A DNA stretch of 64,000 nucleotides from Octopus vulgaris (taxonomy: Eukaryota). The first letter of the stretch is position 1. Each line of letters opens with the position of its first letter. The stretch lies in contig OX597829.1 in assembly GCA_951406725.2 (NCBI GenBank), positions 58,528,001 to 58,592,000 of the forward strand. The letters are read 5' to 3'. A program made the position numbers and the translations under genes. Under the pieces are notes generated by a model that saw only the letters and a program-made list of their open reading frames with translations, had not been told where the DNA came from and made no database searches. Shown piece by piece: positions 16,741 through 28,613 of this stretch.

Positions 16741-16819
16741 ACACCTACTGACTGGCTACGCTGCATTGAAAAGGGGCAATACCCCGAAACGCGTCTGTAG
16801 CTGCCGGTCAAGTAGTGTG
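16741..16819 (+). ncRNA. Type I hammerhead ribozyme, family 1 (U3-A8 core variant)
   Basis: GACUGGC-UAC-GCUGCA [UUGAAAA] GGGG-CAAUA-CCCC [GAAA] C-GC-G [UC] UGUAGC-U-GCCGGUC. All three stems pair. Predicted cleavage after C16795. Confidence 0.82.
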
Positions 16820-16962
16820 GAGCGACTGACCTCCCTTGTTCGAAGGTTATATGGATACAGTTTGTGTATCAAATAGCTAACTTAAGGCGATGGCCTCATG
16901 GAGCTAATAAGCGGACAGCTCTTTTCTTATTTTTATAAGAATGCCATATTAGTATGGCGATA

Positions 16963-17035
<73 letters not shown>

Positions 17036-17036
17036 T

Positions 17037-17325
17037 AGTGTAGGCGAACGTCCCTCAAATGTTCTGTAAATCGGTCGGAAAACCGGCGTCCCGTCTGTCC
17101 TACATACAGCATCCCTCCCACATAGGTTGCATTTAATGCAGTAAATGAGGCCAGACGAGGTGCACGTAAAGGGGTGCCTAATACGTACAGTTCGCCGGTT
17201 CGAGCCGGGGACAGCGGTGGTGTTGGTGATGAAGGGGCAAGTGTTGCAGCGGGATCTAGAGCAAGGGAATGATCCGTGTGGGGCTGAGGGGGAAGGAGAG
17301 AGGGTGCTGTGGACCAGGAAGTCAC
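17037..17325 (-). pseudogene. Penelope-like element fragment: Cys-rich linker plus GIY-YIG endonuclease, frameshifted
   Basis: [14 protein letters not shown]...[18 protein letters not shown] in one frame and [22 protein letters not shown] in the next (LIY...YVG...R...EH motif). The Cys linker is typical of Neptune-type PLEs. Confidence 0.85.
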
Positions 17326-17362
<37 letters not shown>

Positions 17363-17561
17363 CATATATATATATACATATATATATATACGTATATATA
17401 TATATATACATATATAAATATATATACATATATATATACATAAATATATATATATATACACATATATATATACATACATACATATATATATATAAATACA
17501 TATATACATATATATATTTTGATATACATATATATATATATACATATATATATACATATAC

Positions 17562-17592
<31 letters not shown>

Positions 17593-17893
17593 CATATATA
17601 CATATATATATACATATATATATATACATACATAGATATATACATATATACATACATATATATATACATATATACATATATACATATATATACATATATA
17701 CATATATGCATATATATATATACATATATATATACGTACATATATATATACATACATATATATATATATACATATATACATATATATACATATATATATA
17801 TATATACATATATACGTAATATACATATATATATATATATATATACATATATACGTAATATACATATATATATACATATATACGTAATATACA

Positions 17894-17926
<33 letters not shown>

Positions 17927-17929
<3 letters not shown>

Positions 17930-18079
17930 TGGCTGTGTGGTAAGTAGCTTGCTAACCAACCACATGGTTCTGAGTTCAGTCCCACTGCGTGGCATCTTGG
18001 GCAAGTGTCTTCTGCCCAAAGCCCCTGGCCGACCAATGCCTTGTGAATGGATTTGGTATACGGAAAATGAAAGAAGCCC

Positions 18080-18164
<85 letters not shown>

Positions 18165-18384
18165 ATGTATGTTTGTGTGTCTGTGTTTGTCCCCCTAGCA
18201 TTCCTTGACAACCGATGCTGGTGTGTTTATGTCTCCGTTACTTAGCGGTTCGGCGAAAGGGGCCGATAGAATAAAGACTGGGCTTAGAAAAGAATGACTC
18301 TCGCGGTCGAGTTGCTCGATTAAAGGCGGTGCTCCAGCATGGCCTCAGTCAAATGACTGAAACAAGTAAAAGATAAAAGATAAA

Positions 18385-18424
<40 letters not shown>

Positions 18425-19157
18425 TCTTTTACTGTTTTACTTGTTTCAGTCATTTGACTGTGGCCATGCTGGAGCACTGTCTTTTTAGTTGAGCAAATCA
18501 ACCCCAGGACATATTGTTTGTAAGCCCAGTACTCATTCTATCGGTCTCTTTTAACGAACCGCTAAGTAACAGGGACACAAACACACCAGCATCGATTGTC
18601 AAGCGATGTTGGGGGGACAAACACAGACACACAAACATATATATATATATGTGTATATATATATATATATACATACATATATACGGCGGGCTTCTTTCAG
18701 TTTCCGTCTTCCAGATACATGTTTATATATACGGATGTATATATCATCATCGATGATGATGACATGTATATATATATGGATGTGTATGTATATATATATA
18801 CATATATATATATATATACATAGGCGCAGGATTGGCTGTGTGGTAAGTAGCTTGCTTACCAACCACATGGTTCCCGGTTCAGTCCCACTGCGTGGTATCT
18901 TGGGCAAGTGTCTTCTACTATAGCCCCGGGCCGACCAAAGCCTTGTGAGTGGATTTGGTAGACAGAAACTGAAGGAAGCCCATCGTATTTATTTATAGGC
19001 ATAGGAGTGGCTGTGTGGTAAGTAGCTTGCTTACCAACCACATGGTTCCGGGTTCAGTCCACTGCGTGGCATCTTGGGCAAGTGTCTTCTACTATAGCCC
19101 CGGGCCAACCAATGCCTTGTGAGTGGATTTGGTAGACGGAAACTGAAAGAAGCCCGT
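17927..19157. mobile_element. SINE cluster: full copy + (17927-18388), 3' half - (18424-18712), two heads + (18823-19157)
   Basis: Similarity to 15444-15847. Confidence 0.85.
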
Positions 19158-19250
19158 AATATATATATCAGGAGTGGTTTGCTTACAATGCTGAACTGAA
19201 ACTAGAGAAACAAAAACTATTTTCGTTAATATCAATGTTTCACTTTAGAC

Positions 19251-21605
19251 CAGTGTTTCCCAACCTTTTTTCCCGGCGCCCCACTTCTTCATAGCAAAAG
19301 TTTTTACGCCCCACCTTTTCCCATGTCCACTCACATTTACAAGTACATGTGGGCCTACTTACAATTGAAAAAAAATCAAAAATTAAAAAATTGTATTCAA
19401 AATACAAAAAAATAGTTTGAGAATTGAAACAACAGGCACTGAAAGTGCGTAACACCCAATAAATCGATAAAATTATTACGATTTGTCATGTTTTTAAAAA
19501 ATGTCAATTTATAAAGAATAAAGAAACACGTTTTTTCAGTTCAATTATTTGACGGTCAGCTCGACTAATTTAGTGAGGACCCTGTGCCTGATGCATACAG
19601 CACATGTTTTTAATTTGAGGAGACAACTTTGTTAATTTCAGTCGTAAATCGCCACGTTTTGTAATCTCAAGCCGGTTTCTCTTGGCTTCGAGCAAATTAT
19701 CAACTGCACTAAAACAACATTCGACCAAATAAGACGAAGGGAAAGGAATCAGTAGCTCTCTCGCTAATGTAGAAATTTTAGGATATTTTCTTTCAACCTC
19801 GTCATATAGCCACATCTTTGTACCTTTCAATTTAAACAAAGTCTTCACTGATTCATCATGTTGTAATTCTGATAACTCTTCTTGGTATTGGATTGTAGCA
19901 TCAGAAACGTTAATCAGAAGCGGTTGAGTTAACCAAGAAGGAAAATTCATTGCCTTTAAATCGCAAAATCTGTCATTGAAATCCTTTATCAAGATATTTA
20001 AATGATCAATAATTACAATGCTAGCATCATTCGTTATTTCACATTTACTCAACCAGTAAAGTTCACTGAAATTTCTTTTGGAAAATTTCTTTTTCCATAA
20101 TTCGAGAGCTGTAATAAATCCAAAAATCTTTGCTTTTGCATCAATAAGTGTCATGTTTGCACCTTGAAGTTGTTTATTCAAGTTTCCAAGTTTCTCAAAT
20201 ATGTCTGTCAAATAACTTACAAATGCTTTTCCATCCGTTGTTGACAGCAATTTCATTTCACATTTATCACTAAGAAAGTCGTTAATCTGATCAAATAATT
20301 CCATGAACCTCTTTAAGCAGTTTCCACTTGATAGCCATCTTACTTCTGTATGAAGCAATAATCGAACATGTCCGGCACTTTGATTTATACAAAACTGCTT
20401 AAAAAGACGTTCAGATTTAGAATTTCTTTTAATGCTGTTGACACACTTGATCACACTTTGAAGAATCTTGTTAAGAACAGGGGACAATTTCTTGGCAACC
20501 AAGTTTTCTCGGTGTATTACACAATGGACAGTCAACATGTTTGGATTTTCATCCTTCATCATTTTTAAGCATCCCGTATTCTTGCCCATCATGGCAGGTG
20601 CACCGTCTGCCGCACATGCCAGTAAGTTTTCCTTTGGTATTTTGTTTGCATCCAAATAATGTTTGATTTTGATGTAAATATCATTTGCAGTTGTGGTGGT
20701 TTCAAACGATTCGCAGAACAGCATCTCTTCCTGAAACTCCTCGTGGTCAATATACCTCACATAAGTCAATAACAGAGCCTCACTGTCCCGGATTGTGGAT
20801 TCGTCCATTTGTAATGAAAACTTACGCAATTTTAATTTCTCAATGAGCTGGCTTTCAACATCTTGCCCCATTTCATCTATTCTGTTCGAGACAGTGTTAT
20901 TACTGAGTGGCATAGTCCTGATATCTCCATCATCTTTTTGTAATACAGTTTTTAAGAATATTGAGATAGCAGGTTTAATCAGTTGCTCTCCAATAGTGTG
21001 ATTCTTTCCATGTTTTGCTATAAGCAAGGAGATTTCGTAGCTGGCTTCAAGGGCACGAGTATGAGGCGCTTGTTTTGCATGAAATAGTGAAGTGAGTTTT
21101 GTTCGGTTTTTAAATTTTTCTTTCAATGATTTGAAGTATTCCAAATCTAAATTAGAATTATTAGGATGTCTTACCTTTAAGTGCGCTTCCAGCCTACCTG
21201 CCTTCATTGACTCATTGCTCATCGTCTGATTACATAATAAGCAAAACGGTTTACGCCCATCATGCTCATCAGGAATGAATCCAAACTTCAAAAACTCCAC
21301 CGCGTATTGACGAGTCTTCTTCTTGTTTGGTTTGCTCATTTTCAATAGAGCTAACAAAAGACTAATTGAGGCAAACTAATTGAGGCAATTGATTGGCTTA
21401 TCTGAATAGTAAGTTTATTGCTCAGTGCGGGATCTTCTTTGTCTCGCTGGGGTGCGAGAGTTTCCGATGTGGAGGCTTCAAAGGAAAGATGGAATCTAAG
21501 GTTGTGCCCGCGATGACCGCTCGTCATGTACAAATATTTTCACAGCCCACGTCTATGCCCCGCGCCCAACCTGAATTTTCTCAGGCCCCACCTTGGGAAT
21601 CACTG
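19251..21605 (-). mobile_element. Complete hAT DNA transposon, Buster/Charlie group (2355 bp)
   Basis: TIRs cagtgtttcccaa (19251) and ttgggaatcactg (ends 21605), 12/13 match. Perfect 8-bp TSD ctttagac at 19243-19250 and 21606-21613 with central TA. Confidence 0.95.
19570..21339 (-). CDS. hAT/Buster-family transposase (TcBuster/ZBED5/SCAND3-like), 589 aa from first ATG
   Basis: BED finger CLLC...HLKVRH; catalytic D (LQMDEST), D (AADGAPAM), CxxH (CVIH), RW (VRWLS) and E (SSYLVECCFS). No stops or introns. Confidence 0.93.
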   Translation of the reverse strand: MSKPNKKKTRQYAVEFLKFGFIPDEHDGRKPFCLLCNQTMSNESMKAGRLEAHLKVRHPNNSNLDLEYFKSLKEKFKNRTKLTSLFHAKQAPHTRALEASYEISLLIAKHGKNHTIGEQLIKPAISIFLKTVLQKDDGDIRTMPLSNNTVSNRIDEMGQDVESQLIEKLKLRKFSLQMDESTIRDSEALLLTYVRYIDHEEFQEEMLFCESFETTTTANDIYIKIKHYLDANKIPKENLLACAADGAPAMMGKNTGCLKMMKDENPNMLTVHCVIHRENLVAKKLSPVLNKILQSVIKCVNSIKRNSKSERLFKQFCINQSAGHVRLLLHTEVRWLSSGNCLKRFMELFDQINDFLSDKCEMKLLSTTDGKAFVSYLTDIFEKLGNLNKQLQGANMTLIDAKAKIFGFITALELWKKKFSKRNFSELYWLSKCEITNDASIVIIDHLNILIKDFNDRFCDLKAMNFPSWLTQPLLINVSDATIQYQEELSELQHDESVKTLFKLKGTKMWLYDEVERKYPKISTLARELLIPFPSSYLVECCFSAVDNLLEAKRNRLEITKRGDLRLKLTKLSPQIKNMCCMHQAQGPH

Positions 21606-21851
21606 CTTTAGACTTAAATAATGAGTAACATATATTTGTCGCATCCGACGCATGCGTACACTATGGGACATAACTCTCATCTTTTAGTTTCCGAAAATAC
21701 TGGTTCTCTCCCTTTGAAAACCCTGGTTTTTTCTGTATCTTTATCATACGTGCTAAAGGGCTGCGACCCTGGAGATTGCGAATTTATGAAAATCAGCCGA
21801 CACAAATTTTTCATGTCCATACGAAAGTTACCATGTGCAAATTATAAATTC

Positions 21852-24503
21852 AGGAGTGGTTTGCTAACCAACTACATGGTTCCGGGTTCAGTCCCACTGC
21901 ATGGCACCTTGGGCAAGTGTCATCTGCTAGAGTCTCGGGCCGACCAAAGCCTTGTGAGTGGATTTGGTAGACGGAAACTGAAAGAAGCCCGTCGTATATA
22001 TAAATAGGCGTAGGAGTGGCTGTGTGGTAAGTAGCTTGCTTACCAACCACATGGTCCGGGTTCAGTCCCACTGTGTGGGACCTTGGTCAAGTGTCTTCTA
22101 CTATAGCCTCGGGCGGACCAGAGCCATGTGAGTGAATTTGGTAGACGGAAACTGAAAGAAGCCTATCGTATATATATATATAGGCGTTGGAGTGGGTATG
22201 TGGTAAGTAGCTTGCTTACCAACCACATGGTTCCGGGTTCAGACTCACTGTGTGGCACCTTGGGCAAGTGTCTTCTACTATAGCCTCGGGCAAACCAAAG
22301 CCTTGTGAGTGGATTTGGTAGACGGAAACTGAAAGAAGCCCGTCGTATATATATATATATATATATAGGCGTTGGAGTGGGTATGTGGTAAGTAGCTTGC
22401 TTACCAACCACATGGTTCCGGGTTCAGACCCACTGTGTGGCACCTTGGGCAAGTGTCTTCTACTATAGCCTCGGGCAAACCAAAGATTTGTGAGGGAATT
22501 TGGTAGACGGAAACTGAAAGAAGCCCGTCGTATATATATATATATATATATATAGGCGTTGGAGTGGGTATGTGGTAAGTAGCTTGCTTACCAACCACAT
22601 GGTTCTGGGTTCAGTCCCACTGCATGGCACCTTGGTCAAGTGTCTTCTACTATAGCCTCGGGCAAACCAAAGATTTGTGAGTGAATTTGGTAGACGGAAA
22701 CTGAAAGAAGCCCATCGTATATATATATAGGCATAGTGGCTGTGTGGTAAGTAGCTTGCTTACGAACCACATGGTTCCGGGTTCAGTCCCACTGCATGGC
22801 ACCTTGGGCAAGTGTCATCTGCTATATCGGGCCGACCAAAGCCTTGTGAGTGGATTTGGTAGACGGAAACTGAAAGAAGCCCGTCGTATATATAAATAGG
22901 CGTAGGAGTGGCTGTGTGGTAAGTAGCTTGCTTACCAACCACATGGTTCCGGGTTCAGTCCCACTGCGTGGCACCTTGGGCAAGTGTCTTCTACTATAGC
23001 CTCGGGCCGACCAAAGCCTTGTGAGTGAATTTGGTATCAGGAAACTGAAAGAAGCCCGTCGTATATATAAATAGGCGTAGGAGTGGCTGTGTGGTAAGTA
23101 GCTTGCTTACCAACCACATGGTTCCGGGTTCAGCCCACTGCGTGGCACCTTGGGCAAGTGTCTTCTACTATAGCCTCGGGCCGACCAAAGCCTTGTGAGT
23201 GAATTTGGTATCAGGAAACTGAAAGAAGCCCGTCGTATATATAAATAGGCGTAGGAGTGGCTGTGTGGTAAGTAGCTTGCTTACCAACCACATGGTTCCG
23301 GGTTCAGACCCACTGTGTGGCACCTTGGGCAAGTGTCTTCTACTATAGCCTCGGGCAAACCAAAGATTTGTGAGTGAATTTGGTAGACGGAAACTGAAAG
23401 AAGCCCGTCGTATATATATATATATAGGCGTTGGAGTGGGTATGTGGTAAGTAGCTTGCTTACCAACCACATGGCTCCGGGTTCAGACCCACTGTGTGGC
23501 GCCTTGGGCAAGTGTCTTCTACTATAGCCTCGGGCAAACCAAAAGATTTGTGAGTGAATTTGGTAGACGGAAACTGAAAGAAGCCCGTCGTATATATATA
23601 TATATATAGGCGTTGGAGTGAGTATGTGGTAAGTAGCTTGCTTACCAACCACATGGTTCCGGGTTCAGACCCACTGTGTGGCATCTTGGGGAAGTGTCTT
23701 CTACTATAGCCTCGGGCAAACCAAAGATTTGTGAGTGAATTTGGTAGACGGAAACTGAAAGAAGCCCGTCGTATATATATATATAGGCGTTGGAGTGGGT
23801 ATGTGGTAAGTAGCTTGCTTACCAACCACATGGCTCCGGGTTCAGTCCCACTGCGTTGCACATTGAGCAAGTGTCATCTACTAGAGCCTCGGGCCGACCA
23901 AAGCCTTGTGAGTGGATTTGGTAGACGGAAACTGAAAGAAGCCCGTCGTATATATATATATATATATATAGGCGTTGGAGTGGGTATGTGGTAAGTAGCT
24001 TGCTTACCAACCACATGGCTCCGGGTTCAGTCCCACTGCGTTGCACATTGAGCAAGTGTCATCTACTAGAGACTCGGGCCGACCAAAGCCTTGTGAGTGG
24101 ATTTGGTAGACGGAAACTGAAAGAAGCCCGTCGTATATATATATATATATAGGCGTTGGAGTGGGTATGTGGTAAGTAGCTTGCTTACCAACCACATGGC
24201 TCCGGGTTCAGTCCCACTGCGTTGCACATTGAGCAAGTGTCATCTACTAGAGACTCGGGCCGACCAAAGCCTTGTGAGTGGATTTGGTAGACGGAAACTG
24301 AAAGAAGCCCGTCGTATATATATATATATATAGGCGTTGGAGTGGGTATGTGGTAAGTAGCTTGCTTACCAACCACATGGCTCCGGGTTCAGTCCCACTG
24401 CGTTGCACATTGAGCAAGTGTCATCTACTAGAGACTCGGGCCGACCAAAGCCTTGTGAGTGGATTTGGTAGACGGAAACTGAAAGAAGCCCGCCGTATAT
24501 ATG

Positions 24504-24593
<90 letters not shown>

Positions 24594-24660
24594 TATCTGT
24601 GTTTGTCACCCGAACCTCGCTTGACAACCGATGCTGGTGTGTTTATGTCCCCGTCACCCA
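21852..24660 (+). mobile_element. Tandem array of ~15 SINE 5' halves ending in a truncated 3' half
   Basis: ~180-bp units separated by short (TA)n. The last units (23971, 24152, 24333) are near-identical. Confidence 0.9.
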
Positions 24661-24929
24661 GCTTCGACTCTGCAACTTTGTGCAAGGTCTGCCTACAGAT
24701 GTTGTCCGAAGACAACTGAGTGTATTTATGCGTGGCTAATGTTATTTAGCTAGGTTACTATGGTTTTTGTGAGACAAAAGCAGGGGAGTTTGGGCAGCTA
24801 CTGAGGGCAACCGTGATAGAAACAGCAAAATATTGTCGCAGTGTAGGGTCCGAGGTTCTGGCAGTGTTAATGCGTGTTCGGCCCATTTTCTTGGAGTGAA
24901 GGTCTTTTTTAGGCAGAATCCTCACCCTT

Positions 24930-25757
24930 TACTCTTTTACTCTTTACTCATTACTCTTTACTCTTTTACTTGTTTCAATCATTTGACTGCGGCCATGCTG
25001 GAGCACCGCCTTTAGTCGAGCAAATCGACCCCAGTACTTATTCTTTGTAAGCCTAGTACTTATTCTATCAGTCTCTTTTGTCGAACCGCTATGTTACGGA
25101 GACGTAAACACACCAGCATCGGTTGTCAAGCGATGTTGGTTGGGACAAACACAGACACACAAACATACACACACACACACATATATATGTATATACATAT
25201 ATACGACGGGCTTCTTTCAGTTTCCGTCTACCAAATCCAGTCACAATGCTTTGGTCGGCCCGAGGCTATAGTAGAAGACACTTGCCCAGGATGCCATGCA
25301 GTGGGACTGAACCCGGAACCATGTGGTTGGTAACAAGCTACTTACCACACATCCACTTCAACGCCTATATATATACGATGGGCTTCTTTCAGTTTCCGTC
25401 TACCAATACCACTCACAAGGCTTTGGTCTGCCCGAGGCTATAGTAGAAGACACTTGCCCAGGGTGCCATGCAGTGGGACTGAACCCGGAACCATGTGGTT
25501 GGTAAGCAAGCTACTTACCACACATCCACTTCAACGCCTATATATATACGATGGGCTTCTTTCAGTTTCCGTCTACCAAATCCACACACAAGGCTTTGGT
25601 CTGCCCGAGGCTATAGTAGAAGACACTTGACCAAGGTGCCATGCAGTGGGACTGAACCCGGAACCATGTGGTTGGTAAGCAAGCTACTTACCACACATCC
25701 ACTTCAACGCCTATATATATACGATGGGCTTCTTTCAGTTTCCGTCTACCAAATCCA
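24930..25757 (-). mobile_element. SINE 3' half plus ~3 tandem heads, reverse orientation
   Basis: Reverse complement of the SINE consensus. Confidence 0.88.
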
Positions 25758-26061
25758 CCCGGTAAGCAAGCCATCCTGAAATTGTAACGTACACATGGTA
25801 ACTTTCGTATAGCCACGAAAAATTTGTGTCGGCTGATTTTCATAAATTCGCAATCTCCAGGGTCGCAGTCCTTTAGCGCGTATGATAAAGATACCGAAAA
25901 GCCAGGTTTTACCAAGGGAGAGAACCATTATTTTCGGGAAGTAAAAGGTGAGAGTTATGTCCCTTAATGAATGCATGGGTCGGATGCAACAAATATGTTT
26001 TACTCATTATTTCAGTCTAAAGTGAAACATTGCTATTAACGAAAATAGCTTTTTGTTTATC

Positions 26062-28613
26062 TAGTTCTAGCTCAGAGCTGCGGCCATGCTGGTGCACCGC
26101 CGTTTTGTGCTACACTGTTATTACTAAGAACATCCTCTAATATGTGGCACTTGGTGAAGAATGGAGTTTGATATTGCCGTGAGGTAGGTTCATCTGGGAC
26201 TCTTTGGGAGAATATTAAAAAGCTGTGGGCCCTTCAAACCCAGGCTGTTGCAGTAACTGGTCCTGAAGCGTGATGGCATTGCTGGGAACTTTGGCAATAT
26301 GCAGTGTCGTCCCGTTCTGGCATTGGTGTAGCTTTCAATGCCAAAATTTGGCACAATTCCTTCCGGGATCTTCCAGATATATATTACTGCATACCTCTCC
26401 CGTCTTCTCCCCAGGAAAATTATTTACTTTGAATAAAAAAATTGTTTACTTTGTGTAAAAATACATATTCTTTTCCCTCTAGTTTCAGCTCAGAGCTGCG
26501 TCCATGCTAACGCACCGCCGTTTTGTGCAACACTGTTATTACAAAGAACCTCCTCTAATATGTGGCACTTGGTGAAGAATGGAGTTTGATATAGCTACCC
26601 TCATTTGCACCTCTTGCCGTGAGGTAGGTTCATCTGGGACCCTCGACAGGAAGAGGTCCAGCTTTGATTAAAAAAACCCTACATCTACTTTGTGCAAGTT
26701 CCTCAGACTCTTTAGGAGAATATTAAAAAGCTGTGGGCCCTTAAAAACCCAGGCTTTTGCAGAAGCTGGTCCTGAAGCGTGATGGCATTGCTGGAATGTT
26801 TGGCAAATTGGAGTGTCGTCCCTTTCAAGCATTGGTGTAGCTTTCAATGCCAGAATTTGGCCCAATTCCTTCCAGAATCTTCCAGATATATATTACTGCA
26901 TGCCTCTCCCGTCTTCTCCCCAGGAAAATTATTTACTTTGAATAAAAAAATTATTTACTTTGTGTAAACATATATATTTTTTTTCCCCTCTAGTTTCAGC
27001 TCAGAGCTGTGGCCATTCTGATTCACCGCCGTTTCGTGCTACACTCTTATTACTAAGAACCTCCTCTAATATGTGGCACTTGGTGAAGAATGGAGTTTGA
27101 TATAGCTACCCTCATTTGCACCTCTTGCCGTGAGGTAGGTTCATCTGGGACCCTCGACAGGAAGAGGTCCAGCTTTGATTTAAAAACCCCTACATCTACT
27201 TTGTGCAAGTTCCTCAGACTCTTTGGGAGAATATTAAAAAGCTGTGGGCCCTTAAAACCCAGGCTGTGGCAGAAGCTGGTCCTGAAGCGTGATGGCATTG
27301 CTGGGATCTTTGGCAATATGCAGTGTCGTCCCGTTCTGGCAGTGTTGTAGCTTTCAATGCCAAAATTTGGCACAATTCCTTCCGGGATCTTCCAGATATA
27401 TATTACTGCATACCTCTCCCGTCTTCTCTCCAGGAAGATTATTTACTTTGAATGAAAAAATTATTTACTTTGTGTAAAAATACATATTCTTTTCCCTCTA
27501 GTTTCAGCTCAGAGCTTCGGCTATGCTGATGCACCGCCGTTTTGTGCTACACTGTTATTACTAAGAACCTCCTCTAATATGTGGCACTTAGTGAAGAATG
27601 GAGTTTGATATAGCTACCCTCATTTGCACCTCTTGCCGTGAGGTAGGTTCGTCTGGGACTCTCGACAGGAAGAGGTCCAGCTTTGATTTAAAAACCTCTA
27701 CATCTACTTTGTGCAAGTTCCTCAGACTCTTTGGGAAAATATTAAAAAGCTGTGGGCCCTTAAAACCCAGGCTGTTGCAGTAACTGGTCCTGAAGCGTGA
27801 TGGCATTGCTGGGAACTTTGGCAATATGCAGTGTCGTCCCGTTCTGGCATTGGTGTAGCTTTCAATGCCAAAATTTGGCACAATTCCTTCCAGGATCTTC
27901 CAGATATATATTACTGCATACCTCTCCCGTCTTCTTTCCAGGAAAATTATTTACTTTGAATAAAAAAATTATTTACTTTGTGTAAAAATATATTTTTTTT
28001 CCTCTAGTTTCAGCTCAGAGCTGTGGCCATGCTGGTGCACAACCGATTTGTGCTACACTGTTATTACAAAGAACCTCCTCTAATATATGGCACTTGGTGA
28101 AGAATGGAGTTTGATATAGCTACCCTCATTTGCACCTCTTGCTGTGAGGTAGGTTTATCTGGGACTCTCGACAGGAAGAGGTCCTGCTTTGATTTAAAAA
28201 CCCCTACATCTACTTTGTGCAAGGTCCTCAGACTCTTTGGGAGAATATTAAAAAGCTGTGAGCCCTTAAAACCCAGGCTGTTGCAGTAACTGGTTCTGAA
28301 GCGTGATGGTATTGCTGGGATCTTTGGCACTATGCAGTGTCGTCCCGTTCTAGCATCGGTGTAGCTTTCAATGTCAAAATTTGGCACAATCCCTTCCAGG
28401 ATCTTCCAGATATATATTACTGCATATCTCTCCCGTCTTCTCTCCGGGGAGTAGAGTCTTAGCTGTTTCAACCTTTCCCAGTAGCTGAGCTGTTCCAAAG
28501 AGACGATCTTCTTTGTGAATCTTCTCTGGATTGCTTCAAGGTCCGCTGTGCGTTTCACACTGGTGGGTGACCATAGCTGTGAGCAGTAATACAGGGGCCT
28601 GAGGATGAATATT
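26062..28613 (-). mobile_element. Five tandem copies (~510-bp period) of a CR1-type LINE 3' end
   Basis: The longest copy reads YCSQLWSP..DLEAIQRRFTKKI..LSYWERLKQLRLYSPERRRERY..IWKILEG..QLFNILP..FKSK.DLFL, the post-RT C-terminus of CR1-group LINEs, followed by a short 3' UTR. Confidence 0.85.

Larger units (their letters stand above)
15876..16974. mobile_element. Hammerhead-containing ~362-bp repeat (retrozyme-like or Penelope pseudo-LTR): ~1.65 units on minus, ~1.4 units on plus
   Basis: tagaaatattaaaat at 15876 recurs at 16238 (period 362). Orientation flips at 16473. Flanked by (TA)n on both sides. Confidence 0.8.

Noticed and set aside
21340-21357. TTG start giving a 595-aa transposase
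   Set aside because: In a eukaryotic context the first ATG (21339, MSKPN) is the more plausible start.
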